Source: Schizochytrium sp. TIO01
Taxonomy: Eukaryota > Protista > Bigyra: Labyrinthulomycetes
NCBI GenBank assembly: GCA_004764695.1
Contig: SMSO01000036.1
Location: 124,001-188,000, forward strand
DNA: 64,000 bases
Direction: 5' to 3'
This document shows positions 21,956 to 35,617 of the stretch, piece by piece (the stretch's first letter is position 1; each line of letters starts with the position of its first letter). The notes beneath the pieces are model-generated. The model was not told the origin of the DNA, did no database searches, and saw nothing but the letters and a program-made list of their open reading frames with translations. The translations under genes were made by a program, and so were the position numbers.

Positions 21956-24900
21956 GATGCCTTGAAGAAATTTGCTGTTGGCGATGAGCCGATGTGTGTG
22001 GACGATAGAATAGTACAGGCGCGCGAGCAGACCGCCCTGGTCTACTCGCGGTTGAGCTATTTGTGTGTTTTGCTGAGAAATTGTTGCCGTCAACGCTTTC
22101 TAGGATGAAAAACCTGGGGTAGAGCGAAGACTTGAGAACCACAAGCCACGCCTCGTTCGGTATCAGAAGAGATCACAGCAAAAGAGATTACGTTTTCCCC
22201 TCGTTCAGAACTTACACGGGGTTGCGTATGTAGGTAATCTTGAGCTGCAGTGCGATCGTGCGTTGTCTTGATAGCAAGAAAACACTTCGTAATTAATTAT
22301 GAAGAGCCGCAGATCGATTGACCTTCCTTTCTGAGACGCGGTGGAAAACCCACACCACCACTATCACCAAGAGTTCCTGCAGTGGGTCTTGAATAAAGTC
22401 CACCCCAGCGACGAGCGAGTGGAGATCCTCTGTTGTTCTTGTCAGGCCCGAGCTGGGTACGGCGTTGTCTTGCTGTCTGTCTGTCTGTCTGTCTGTCTGT
22501 CTGCCTGTCTGTCTGGCTGGACAAAAGACCGAATGGCCAGCTAACTAGCAAGCCGTGCGGATGACTCGATGGATCTTGAAGTGAACACGCCGCGAACCCG
22601 AGTCGATCGCTCCTCGCGACCGGACCCCTGGCTGGACCGCCTCGCAGAACCTTTGCGAAGCTCGGCTCCGGCCTCGCGCGCGGCGTAAGCGCGAAGCGGC
22701 ACTACACCAGAGCACAAGAGACACAGAACGAATGAACGAATGACTTTCAACAATCAATCAGTCAAAGAAAGAAGAAAGAAGAAGAAAGAGAATCAATCAC
22801 TTTCTCAATTTCTTTTTCTCTCTCTTTCTTTCTTTCTTCCTTCCTTTCCTTTCTTTCCCTCTTTTCTTGCAACGAACGATGAGAGTCCTCTCTCTTCAAA
22901 GAAAACTAATGAAACAAAACAATGATGTTTCAACAGCGCAGAAGAAGAAGAAGAAGAACTCCAAGAAAGAAGTCAGAAAGCAGGAAAGAAAGAGTTGTTT
23001 TTCAAAGAAGAAAGAAAGAATTCTCTATCTCAAAGAATTCAAGAACTCCACGAAAGAGAATGAATGAAAGAATGAGTGAAAGAAAGAAAGAATGAACGAA
23101 TGGGAACGAAAGAAAGAGAGAAAGAAAGAGAGACAACCTCAATAAGCTCGTCGCAGGAGAGATGAGGAGCGCTGCGGCGGGCGCTCGGCGATCAGAGCCG
23201 CGCCCGCCAGCCGTCCGCCTCGCCGCCTCGCCTGCTCCGCCGAAGAAAAGAGAACGGAGCTAAAGGAAGAACCTCAGAAAGAAACGAAGAATGAGAAAGA
23301 AAGAAAGCCAAGATTGAACTGATGAACCAAGAAAGAATGGACGAACCGCCGCCGCCGATCCTGCTGCAGAGACCTGGCTGGCCTCTGGACGATACCCGAG
23401 AACGCCTGCTGTGCGCGTGTGCTGCCGGGCCCCTTGCCTTGCTGCGCCGCTTTGTCTTTCTGCCTGCTTGTCTGCCGCGCCGCTGCTTCGCTCCGAGGAC
23501 AAGGCGGCGAACGGTGATAGAATAAATGAATTGATATTTATTGAAGTATCGTCAATGAACTTTCAATTGCGATCATTCATTTATTTTTTAAATGTTAAAA
23601 AATAAAAAATAAAAAAAATAAAAAGAAGAAGAAGAAGAAAAAGAAAAAGAATCATTGATCACTTCACTTCGCCAAGTAAAAAATAGAAAGCACAAACATA
23701 TTTATACGTACAGTAAGCAATTATTAAATAGAAAATAAAAAGTGGAAGAATAAATAAAGAAACCCGCTTTGTCAGTCATTGTAAGCATTCACGAATTCAT
23801 GGTAAATAACAAACAATACTCATACAATGCAGTAGAAGAAAGACTGACAGCCTTCTTTTCTCTTTCCATTTTTTCAATTCCTACTACGTCTACAAAACTA
23901 TGGTGCCAATGAAGTTATCGATGAATCGATCCAGTACTAGGCACCGTCCAAAAGAGGCGCACGGAGGCAGAAGAGGCGAGCAAGCGAGAACTCAATGCGT
24001 GCCAACACGATAGGCGCGAGTGTGTTTGCATGAATCTATATGAATGTGTGGCATTTGCTTCGCTTCTGTTTCTTGACATTTCTTGTCAACTTTGCTTCTT
24101 CAGTCTTCTCAATTAATAGGTATTTTCTTCTTTCTTTGCACTCCTTTATTTTATTCAAGAACAATACTTTTTATATTGGAAAAGAAATATATTTACTATT
24201 GCTATTTCGTTGATTAATTTAATTTTATTAAAAAACACAATACTAATAAAGCATTATTGTAATAGGTTACTGCTCCATCCATCTACAAGCACCGGAGCAA
24301 TCTGCTGTAGCCGAAGTTCTCCTCGTCTGTTTACGTGCAGAGTGAGCTTTCCTTCCCTCATTGGCAGCACCTCGCTCACCTTTTCCTTGCTGCATTTCAT
24401 CTTGGAAATCTTTTCCATCGATGAATGAACGATCGATCAACACTGAGGAATGGATAAATTGGTCGAGTTTGGCATCTTTCTATATTATTGTTTGTTGGAG
24501 AGGAGAGGACTTCCTTCATTCCTTCCTTGAATGTAGGTAGTTCCCAACTTGGAAGGGGAGGAAAGCAAGCAAAGGTAAGGAAAGCTTTCCACCCTACGAA
24601 AGTTTCGTTCTTCGGAACGACAAAACACATTTTCGTAAAATGAATTGCTAGTTTTCCCAAACACGGTCTTGAAGTTGAATGAACGAATAAAACACTACAC
24701 TCCCAACCTCCCGACCTTCGGATTGGGGTCCTGCCTGCCACAGTGACAGCAACCGACCTACTGAGCTCATAGCAAGTGCTCGCAAGTGACGCAGAACTTA
24801 TCACACTATGCAGTAGTTCTCCTCTTGTGGTCTACACAAGCAACTTGTGCGGGAAAGGACACGACAACGCCAGAAACTGCGAAAGCGCTGCGAGTGCGTT

Positions 24901-26692
24901 CAAGACAATCAAGTCATCAAGCCTTGTCTATTTGACCTTGATCACGTTTGCTCGCGTGCATTGAATTGAATGAAAAGTAGTATTTATTTCATTTTGACTT
25001 GGCACAGATAATGAAGGATGTCTTGACAGGGCAGAATAATCCACTTCCTGACTTTCATCAGCCTTTCGATAGTGAAACAACGAATTGCTCGCTCATTTAT
25101 GACTATTCTGTTATGCAAAAATGCATTCATACGTGTAGATTGTTGTCTTCAAAAGATGTCCTCGATCTATCTCATTGCTCACAGATGCACTGTTTCGACT
25201 GCTTTAGTTTTGTGACAATCGCCAGCAGGACAGAAGTTTGCCGGTCTAAGATGCTAAAGATTCACCATGAATACAATCATACATTGGCATCCCCTAAAGC
25301 TTTCCAAAACCTTCTTCTATAAATTGTTTGTGAAGGTCAGCTAATTTGAACGCCGATGTAACGGCTTATACCTACCTCTGTACCTGCACAATCACAACAT
25401 AAATCCACAGACTTTCTTGTACACTGCCTGGTAGTAACTACGGTAGAATGTCTTCAGAGGAGATACAATCACATTCGCTAATACAACTCAATCGCTTCGC
25501 TTCCTTCCTCGAGCTCATCAGAACCTTGGTAGTCAGCACATTATCGAAACTGAGCGCAAATTCACAATCGAAACTTCATAACTTTCAAGGATCATCATCA
25601 TCCGAACCCTGCGAGGCTTCAGTCTGCAAATCAGTTAGTATCAAGGCATGTGTTATGTGCGGTTCGTGTTTCACCATTACTGATCAAGGCGGAGGAGATC
25701 TATTGATACAACCATAAGCGTGAGGACACGACGATCGCCAATAGTTCATAGTAGCTACAACCAAAGTTTTGCATAACGAAACTGCAAGTTCTACGTAGTA
25801 GTACCTAAGAGGAAGCGAGAGGGCCTCAGGCGCCAAGTTACAAAACAAAAACAAAACAAAAACAAAACAAAAACCTGGAAGTCGAAAAGTACTCTTGATA
25901 ATAACAACAAGCAAGCTCTATCAACTTCATCAAATCAACTTTTTACACTAATTCTATTGTCCATTCTGATTTGAGATCGCGAGATTGGAACAAAACTCAA
26001 TAGACTATTCTATTACATCGGTGCCATCTCAATCTGCTCTCCTTTGGTGAGCCATCTCTGATGGTCTTGAATCTCTTCCCCTATGATCCAATTTATCACA
26101 AATTGCCAATTCAGGCAAACTTTCTTTAGGGCTCAATGGACTTTTTCATTTTTGATTAATACTTTTGTTTCATAGGTTTTAAAATTAAAGTATTGCCTTT
26201 GTTATTTCAATTGACTAATCAGGACAGTATTAACAAGAAAAAACGTTTAAAAGAAAATATATAACTAAGTCCAATATAATGCAATGAAACACTAAAGAAA
26301 CTAATTAATCATCGAAGAATTACAATTCCAAAAACCAGAAACGCAATGTAAATAAGGAGGTACTAACTAGGTAAGTGCATGTTTTACTTCCGTGTTTCCT
26401 TGCTTCCTTTCCTGCATAGCTGGGTCTATGTCCATATTCCTCCTCGGCCGTAGACACAAGAGGCTGCAAAAGAATGAAAGTTGAGCCGCGCCAGAAAAGG
26501 AAGTCTCTCTGCTCGTTTAGGAAAACCCCAACTCAATGAACGGAAAAGAACGAAGAAACAAAGTTTCCTCTTCGCTAATCCCTTTCGTCCTACTCTGTTG
26601 GTTACAATTATTCACAACGACGAAAATAAATCACGCTGTTCAAGCTCTTTGCAGATACAAACTCTAAAGATCAGTTTTGCTTAGGGTCTTCT

Positions 26693-26757
26693 TCTGCTTC
26701 TGTTGCTGCTTCTGTTGCTGCTTCTGTTGCTGCTTCTGTTGCTGCTTCTGTTGCTGC
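26693..26757. repeat. (CTTCTGTTGCTG)n 12-mer tandem repeat
   Basis: About five copies, read directly. Confidence 0.9.
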
Positions 26758-29700
26758 AGCGAGAATGCTTGTCAATATCCTAGAACCTCTTTGGGTATCA
26801 AATAAAATTGAAATCAATCCACGACCAAATCTCCATTTCACATGTTGTGCTTCTCTCAGACTCCATTAATTTCAAGCAAACAAACCATCAAACACATGCG
26901 CAACAACATTCATTTCTTGACAAGCAACGCGAAGATCAACTTGAGCAGCTAGTTTCTGGCCAGGGCCATGGTGCAAAAGGTAATTCTGGCCGCCCCGAGA
27001 TGTAAGAGACGGCAACTTCGAATGAAAGTCAACCTATGATGTTCAAACTCCTCCATGTTATTTCAGTCTTGAATCTTGATCTGTCATCGCGAACCATAAT
27101 AGTCTTCTTCTTCTTCTTCTTCTTCTACCTTCTTGCCAGCTCGGTCCGCAATGCATGCGCCAACTTCGTTTTTTACTGTTGTAAATGCTGCAAATGTTGT
27201 CAATGCAGTACCTTTGCGAAAAGGTGGCGGGTTTCCTAGAGTAAAGCATAGGAGGACAGCCGTAAGCCTGCATATGGTCGTTTCTTGATCATCTTGATTT
27301 CCACGAGAGCTGATGCGTCTTCTTGCGCCATTGAACTGGCCAGAGCGCTTGCAGAGTTATGGACAATGGACAGAAGGTACTAAGGAGCAACCAGAGCCGC
27401 TGTGGACATCTTGGGAGGAATTTATGGCTACCCCTGGGCAAAAGGCACGCATACGACGCCTGTCCACGGCAGCCAGGCTTGTCTCGCTATGGTCTTAATG
27501 TATAGTAGATGGGTTCTACCGGATAAGAACGAGCAGTACACTCTTTCGTTGATTTATTAAAAATAATGATGACTTTTCCCACCTCATAAGCAAAAGCTTG
27601 AAACCCACAAAGGACTTTGAAAGGAAACTTCTTTGATGATATCAACTACAGAGAAAGAAGCCTTTCTTGTTTTGTTTTTTTAAAGATAAAGTTTCAAAAG
27701 TTATTACCATAGAACGATTGTTGCTGCCTTTCAAGTTTAGAAGAAGTGAACTTTTAGGTGAAAAAATGGAAGGAAAAGTAAAAGTAAAACATGAAAGCCG
27801 CGAGTGTTCCAGGCTTGTGAAGGAAAGCAAGAAAGTCGAGGGAAGGGAAGGGAAGGGTTCTGAAGAAAAGCGGCCATGATCATGCATGCCATGAAACACG
27901 TATTCATTGAATCTACTATCTGCAATGAAGCAGCTTCTTCGATGGTGTTGGATCCTGCCCATTTGGGAAATTCCTCGTCAGGAATGAATGAGCCGAAACC
28001 AAATTGCAGGCTAGTTAACCAACTGTGCTTCTCCTACCGGTCGTCTTGGCTGCATACGTATGCTCTTGTTTAATACGCTTTATCTGGTGATATCAACACA
28101 CAAAATCAACTTCCATGTCTTTTCTTACCAAAAGGGGGGGCGAGTAAGTCTCTATATGGATTGTTGTTTATTCCTTACAATGAGTTTCATTACTGATTTT
28201 GATTTTTAGGAAAAGAGGAGGAGTTAGACTTTTTATTTAACAAAGAATAAAGTTGAAATCAACACATTTATATGATACACAGCAAAACTAATGCCTTTTA
28301 TAATGGTTTGTTGTTCAACAATAACAAATAATTAATAAAATATTATACCCCGTACCTTACTGTAGATAAAAGCACCAAGAAATGTTCGAGGAGTGTGGCT
28401 TGCTCGATCTTGCAGACTTGCAGCCTGTTCTTTGATTAGCCTGATTGGCGGTCTCATTCTCCTTGTGTTCTGTTTCGTCAAGGTGTCAATTCATCGTCTA
28501 AAAGCCTGCCCTAGAAAAGCGTGTCTGTATGTGTGTTCTGCCCAAGCCTCTGTTCTTGGTTTCTCCTCTTGCTGTAAATGTGGCTGTGACATCACTCGAG
28601 ATCGTTTTGGTTGTATCTGTAGGACATTGTGCAAAATGCGATCGCAAGCAGCCAAAGCAATCCACCCATAAATCAGTCTGCAAACTTAAGGCGAAGGTTC
28701 TCCGAAGAAGAGTCAGCGAATAAAGCAGAGGAATTCTAGCCGGAAAACACACCGTCTGCGCCTGTTAAGTAATGATTATGAGAGCACAATTGTGGCTTAG
28801 TTATCGTGAATTAGTTGATTTACGTGGTGCCCTAAAATCATGGTGCGCCGATGCTCTGAATTGTGCTGTTCTTTCGTTTCTATGTTTTTCACAGATAGCT
28901 AGCTTCTTAGGAGAAACGGAACGTTTCACATTAAGGCAACTTGATAAAGTTGATTGCTTCTTTGCTGCAGGTGGGCAGATAAAGTTAATCTTAGGCACCA
29001 AACCTGTAGTTTTAGGTACTACTCTTTGCGTCTTCTGCTCCCGTCGAGAGTTCTTGTGCAATGAAGCAGATATCCACAAAGGTAATGAGGAGAGGAACTA
29101 AAGATGGAGTTTAGTAATCCTTGTCCAATTCAACAATCATTTGTTTTCAATGATTTTTAATAAATTTAATTTTAATAAAAATAATACTGTAGAAGTAAAA
29201 CTTTATTTTACTTTAGTATTTAGAAAGCACCTTTAAATTTTTTTTTTTTTTTTAAATAACACAATAATAATAATAATAATAATAAAATTCTGGCTTCTAT
29301 GATGATGTTTTGCTCCCCGGCAAGCCTCCGCGCTCGTTTATATTTGTTACCAGAGCACGTGTATGTCATGAAATACAGTATCTAATTGGTTTTTTCTTGT
29401 GTTATTATTGAACCTAGTTTCCGACCAAGGTAAAGGACTTTAGGCCGCTCGTCTTTTTTCTTTTTTTTTTCTTGGAGGGCATTGTGAAGATCGATCCTCC
29501 GAGTCGGCCGTATGCTTCTAAGTTTGCATACACATACATGGAATTTTAAAGCCTGCAAAGATATGACGAGCGAGGTGGTCATGAGCTTTTGGCATTCGAA
29601 GCTCGTGATCGAAGATGTTCTTGCAATTATTCTTTACTTTATCTACTGTTTTGTATATTTTAAATGAAATCAAACTTTCATAAATTAATAAATTAATAAT

Positions 29701-30230
29701 AACAATAGTAATAATAATAATACTATTATTATTAGAAAAGAATAAATTACCTATTTTGGAGAATAATGCTGTGCTGCTGTTTTCCTTAGGAGGCACCTAG
29801 TTCCCGGCTACTGCTGCGAAGTGAATAGAGTCTATTCTCAAACAAAGAACTTGATCTTCGAAGAAACAATTAAGTGAGCTCATCATCAATTTCCAGTACC
29901 TACTGTCCATAAGTAGGCACCTGCGCCGAGGGAGGAGGAGGTCGCTTAGGTGATGAACCAACTACTTATTGCCTGCCGGTCTATGCTTCTGCTTCTATTT
30001 CTTATTAGAATTATTATTATTATTCTGCTTGCCAGCAAGAAGCAGAGGAAGTCTCGGAGGTCCTTCCCCCCCTTCGTGCGAGCCACAGTCGGCGTTCTTC
30101 TCTTGAAACCTTCTCTCTCCTCTTGAAACCTGAAACTTTCTTGTTCTATCTCGTCTCGTCTCGTCAATCTTGAAAGAAGACTCTTCTTTAGCTGCGTCGA
30201 GATGCTTGCAAACAAAAAGCAACAGCCACT

Positions 30231-30283
30231 TCTTCAAAGTCTTTAAAGTCTTCAAAGTCTTCAAAGTCTTCGAAGTCTTCAAG
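30231..30283. repeat. (TCTTCAAAG)n 9-mer tandem repeat
   Basis: About six slightly degenerate copies. Confidence 0.88.
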
Positions 30284-31714
30284 GTCTCCATCTCGAAATG
30301 AACTCTTTGATCACAGCCCCAACCAAACTTCATGCATAAAGTAGTAGTAGTTTCATGTGTTTTGCATTTCAACAAACAAGGCGGCGATTGAGCGAGCAAG
30401 CTCCTTTCATGAATTCCTAGAATTAGTTGCACTGGTGTACAACACAACAAGTCGAGGAACTTCGATGAAGCCTCGAGCGGTTCTACTCCTTTCTGTACAA
30501 CTACTCTCTCTTCTCTTCATGATAGCTAGCAGCTAGCGCGGTTCCTGGGTGGGCCCAGGCCGTGAATGAATCCGGAGGAGCTCCCCGGCCTCCAGTTAGC
30601 CAGCTCTTTCCGTAGCCACCCAGCTACAATGAATTAATTATCAGCGAGGAATTCATTCATTATCTTGCGCCAAGAAGACAACACAACCTGCCAGGACTGC
30701 CTGGCGCTCTTCAGCAGCCTTGAGGAATAATTAAACTAAGTGATCCACCTGCAAAGCAATGGATGGATGGATGGATGGATGGATGGATGTATGTATATAA
30801 CACCTTGACCACACATTGCAGTTGTATATCACAGTTTTCATGGGCAGGGAGCAAAGGCAAAGTGCTCTTCTGCTCCGACAGAACCTGAGAAGTACCGCGC
30901 ACCAGCCCATCGATGGTTGGCACTCACTGCATTGTCACAGGCTCACAGTGGACGGACTCGGCTCTAACCGGCAAGTGCGTGTGAATTGAATGAACTACAC
31001 ACACAAACTGAAGAAATGAATAATTGTCTCCATCTTCGTACGAACGGGTGCAAGTAAACAACTGCTGGGACTGCCACCCTCGCTTTCATGACGCTGCGGC
31101 CAATCGATTCGTGCTGCTGACCGTGATACGGCTGGTTCAGATCAACCAGCTTGCAAAAGGCCAGCAAGTCCATACATACATACACCGCCAAACTTTGGAA
31201 AGCTGTTGCAGCCATGCAGGTTCCAACATCTTTATCCTGCAAAGGTATCGAAGCGTGGCGGAGAGCCTGAGTCATCTTCAGCAACCTCTAACAACTCACT
31301 AACTAACTCGCGTGCAGATGAATGAATGAATAGTAACCCCATTCGCCGCAGCAGGCAACTCTGTGACGTAATATTTCTTGAAACAACTTTGGCCTCAGCC
31401 CTCCTGGTGCCAACCTAGCTAGGCACCTGCCTGCCTGCCCGCTGGCGATGCTCCAAATCGCTCTTTCGAGCTCCCTCAGCAAGACCTGGCTGGGCATGGA
31501 AGCAATGCAATTGACTCACCCATGGGCAATTAATTCATTGCTGCAAGCAAGTGACAACCAACATCAAATGCATACATACATGCATACATACATACATATA
31601 TACGCTCCAACAAGTTCCCTGCCTCCAGCCACACGCCTGTCTACCAGAGAGGCGGCAGCGCTGAGGTGAGGTTCCTGCGAGTGCAATCGCAATGACAATA
31701 ATGCTCTGCCCTGG

Positions 31715-31780
31715 CATGACATGACATGACATGACAAGAATCACATGAATCACATGAATCACATGAATCACATGAATCAC
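31715..31780. repeat. (CATGA)n then (GAATCACAT)n tandem repeats
   Basis: Read directly from the sequence. Confidence 0.88.
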
Positions 31781-32964
31781 AGAAATGACATCAGACATCT
31801 TTTCATGAGTTCGTCGTCTTGTTCAGGCTGAGGTCAGTCAGTTCGGAGAGCGCAGCAGTCCTTCTGTCAGTTAACGTCAACGTCAGTCAGCAGGGAGGGA
31901 GGGAGGGAGGGAGGGTGTACGTGGTCATTTGGGCACGAGCTCAACGCTTTTGTCCATGAATTACAAACTTAAGCACGATGATGAAATGAATGCCGCGGCA
32001 TGCCGGAATTACGTGTGCTTGTGGGTGCCTTGGGTGACCTGGTGCGGCGTGGGCTTTCTCGCCCTCGCGCCGTCGTCGCGAAGGTCCGCATCATTTCGTT
32101 GGCAGCAACCCTCGTACGCTCAAATCGTCGTTGGCGCTCTTCTGATGCATCCATGGACAAGAAATAAATCAATAAATAAATAAATAAACAAATCTCTGCT
32201 GGACGACGACGACGATGACGATGATGAAATCAACCAGCTTTGCCTTGCCTTGCCTTGCCTTGCCTTGCCCGAGCTGAGTGGCGGCATTCCAAGATGCCCG
32301 ACTTCACTTGGAGGTTTCGAGACAACCAAATGAAGCAACCAACTCATGAACGGGACCCCATTGTCGTCGGTTTTCCGTCGTTGCAAACAACTTCAACCAC
32401 GCAAACTGGAGACCTCGATATGCGTTGGAATTCGGGACCTCGCAGCACTTGACCGGCTGGTTCAATCTCTGCATTCATTCATTCTCGCTACCACTTGGAG
32501 CGCGCAGTTTGCGCTGGGAAAGTGCAGCCAGGCGCGACAGCTTGACCGGCGTCGTTCTTTAGCGCGCAAGTGCAGAGTCAGCTTTTGCGTGCGTATGAAC
32601 CTCATGCGCAGCGAATTCGACTGCACTGCATTGCACTGCATTGCACTGCATTGCATTGCTTTGAGTCAACATAAAGTTGGTTTGATTGATTTGCTTCCTA
32701 TGAATAATTGAGGAGGATGAAAATTGGATCAGACAGCGGGAATTCAAGTGCCACGATCCGCACGGAATCCACGCATGCCGTCCAACCTGGAGCCGCAAGC
32801 AGCCACCTTCTGCTGAAGCACAGCTGCTATACACTCTCGCGCAACGACACGAGCACCAGCGACAGCGGACTTGAAGGCGATTAAAAATTGCAACCTGCAC
32901 TACTGCATGATTCAACATATCTTCATCTGTATTGTTTTATTTTAATTGATTCATTTCAAGAAAC

Positions 32965-32966
<2 letters not shown>

Positions 32967-33000
<34 letters not shown>
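32967..33000. repeat. (TA)n microsatellite
   Basis: Read directly from the sequence. Confidence 0.92.
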
Positions 33001-33005
<5 letters not shown>

Positions 33006-33790
33006 ACAGTGGAGCTAGCAAGATGTGGTGGATCTGCAAATGTTGCGCGAGATCTACCGAAATCTCCAGCTAGTGTTTTGAACGTCGGCTGCGACAACAG
33101 CTGTTGATGGCAGTGCGAATCAGGATGTCCTACAAAATAACAAACAGAGAGAATTTTTTCAAGATGCCAGTTTGCAACTCTTTATGTAAATGTATAGCGT
33201 ATATCGAAAATAATATTCTAGCACCAAATTTTCACCGTAAATACATATGACCTATTTTCTAAAGTTGTACTTCATGCAGCAGAAGCAAGCACGTCGCCAA
33301 GCGAGAATCCAAGCACCCCTGTCATGAAGTTTGTGATTAGTTTTATTTAATCAGTACATATCTCCTTCTGATGTTTACATGTTTTAAATTGATGAAATTA
33401 ATTCGGTTATAAACTCTTTTTTTTTTTCCTTTTTTCCCCCTCTCTAACAAAAAAAAATAAAAATTATTTAAGTTAAAACTATTTTAAACATCAATTTAAA
33501 AAATAAATTGAAAAAAATGTCAGTGCATAGGGAAAAGTTGTTTGTTTCTTTTCACAAAACAATCATCACTCGCATCCAAGGCAATGATGATGCACAGAGA
33601 GAAAGAAACTTAAAGCGCTGGTCTTCTTCGCTCCCCAAGTTGAAAGTCCCTGCTGTTTCAGTTCACTTCACTTCTCTGCTCTGGATCCCTACGCAGCTTC
33701 AGCCCACTACACATACATACACGCATACTTGCATACACCAGCGACCACCTGCCACAACGAGAAAGAAAGTCGAAGCAATTGCAGAAAGAG

Positions 33791-33791
<1 letters not shown>

Positions 33792-33837
<46 letters not shown>

Positions 33838-33839
33838 AA
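33792..33839. repeat. (GAAA)n microsatellite
   Basis: Read directly from the sequence. Confidence 0.92.
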
Positions 33840-34361
33840 AAAGTTAAGTTTTCAGGTCACCCCACCTGGGTGTTCTTTCTGCGCGCTGTTCCACTGAATA
33901 AGGCGCGCCAGAAAAGAACGAGGCTCTCGGCACTTGTGTTCTCTTCTTTCTTCTGCGATGATAAATGATCGACGATCGTTTCCATCGACGAAGAGACGAC
34001 GACAACAACGATCCCCGCGACAGATGCAGTCAGCGAGCGAGCGAGCGAGCGGGCGCCGGGTAGGGCAGGCCTTCCAGGTACCCACCCGCCTGAGCGATGG
34101 GCGCCGCGGCACAACCTCTCGCAGCCACGATCGCCTCGAGCTCCAAGCCTTGAGAAGCAAGCACGCGGCATCCGAGTTGAAAGCGAACCATGCCGCGTGC
34201 TGCTCGCCCGCAACCCACCGGACTCCGATCGATCGATCGATCATTCAGTCGGTCGGCCGTCGGCCCGTTCGTGGACCGCAGCCGCCGCCGCCGCCGCCGC
34301 CGCCGCCGGGCTCGCTCGCTCGCTCGGGCCGTGGCTGCATCATGAGCGCTGCCCGCACGGC

Positions 34362-35053
34362 ATGAGCGCCTCCATGAGCGCCTCCATGAGCGCCTTCCTG
34401 GCCAAGGTTGGCTCCAGGTATCTCAAGGACCACGGTAGTCGCTAGCTTCAGCGAGCCGGGGCCCAGGCAGGTTGTGGAGCAGCAGGAGGTGGGCCGGGTT
34501 GTGAGCATGGTGGCGGAGTTGGAACCAAGCAAGCGAGCGAGCGAGCAAGCGAGGTCTCCGGCACATGGCGGGCTCCACCATCCAAGAAGAGCAAGACCCC
34601 GAAGAGCAGCGCCGCCGTGGACGACCCGTGGAGCGTGGCGTCTTCGTCGAAGAAGACATCGAGGAAGCAATCGAGCAGGGCGCCTCCTCGCCTCCTTCGC
34701 GTCCGCCGCGACTGAAGAAGAGTGCCGAAGAGCGAGCCGCGGGATGGAACTGGGAACTAATTCCAATTCCAATTCCTGTCGATGGCTGCCTGGAAAGGAC
34801 TCTCTCTCTCTCTCTCTTGCACATGAAGAAGCTGCCCGAGACCAGCAGCGAGGACGAGCAGGAAAACCTGGTCTTTGAGGAACGTCAAGACCTTGGGTCC
34901 CCAGTTCTCGAGCATGTCCTCGACTGAGAGGTGCTGCTGGTACCCGGCGATGAGGATGGAGATGATGCTGCGCGGGAAGAGCTGCTGCTGATGTGCAAGT
35001 TGTCCAGGTTGCTCTTGCTGATCCTCCTGAACATTCTTGAACCATCGGCATAA
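34362..35053 (+). pseudogene. Possible decayed or interrupted coding region of unknown function
   Basis: GC-rich island with E/D/V/L-rich protein-like segments in successive frames (34408 and 34565 ORFs, then in-frame continuation past TGA 34925-34927 to TAA 35051-35053). No family recognised. Confidence 0.3.
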
Positions 35054-35553
35054 AGTTTATAAGTTTATTAGTATTATTATTATTATTTTATTTTTTATTA
35101 ATATAAATGAAAATTAATAAAACTGTTTACTTCGTGAAAATGCTTTCGTTCGATCGTTCAATGAATTTTAGTTTCTCGTTCCTCAACCATGAAAGGTGAG
35201 ATAATAGTAGCGGCCCTTAACAAGGGAAATAAAAGTCGTACAATCTAATCAACTAGAATAAATGCTATTTCAAAGACCCCCCCCAAATTAAAAATAAAAT
35301 TAAAAATTATATATATATGAATTTAAGAAATCATTTTAAATACGATTGATATTATTATATTTGATAAAGGAAGAACAAAACTTTCAAAAAGAAAATTGAA
35401 TGAAGAAGATTGATCGAAGAGAGGGGAAAGGAAGAAGGGAAAAAGAAAGAAAGAAAGTAAAGGGGGCCAACAAACGAAAGACACAAAAGCCGCAAACGAG
35501 CTTCGACTACGGCCGGAAGAAGCATGAATTCTTTCTTAGTAGGAAACTCATCA

Positions 35554-35559
<6 letters not shown>

Positions 35560-35592
<33 letters not shown>

Positions 35593-35617
35593 CAGCATCA
35601 GTAGCAGCAGTAGCAGC
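35560..35617. repeat. (GCA)n/(GTA) trinucleotide repeat
   Basis: Read directly from the sequence. Confidence 0.88.

Noticed and set aside
34245-35051. 268-aa minus-strand ORF
   Set aside because: R/A/G/P-rich translation of GC-rich microsatellite DNA with no domain; the opposite strand looks more protein-like
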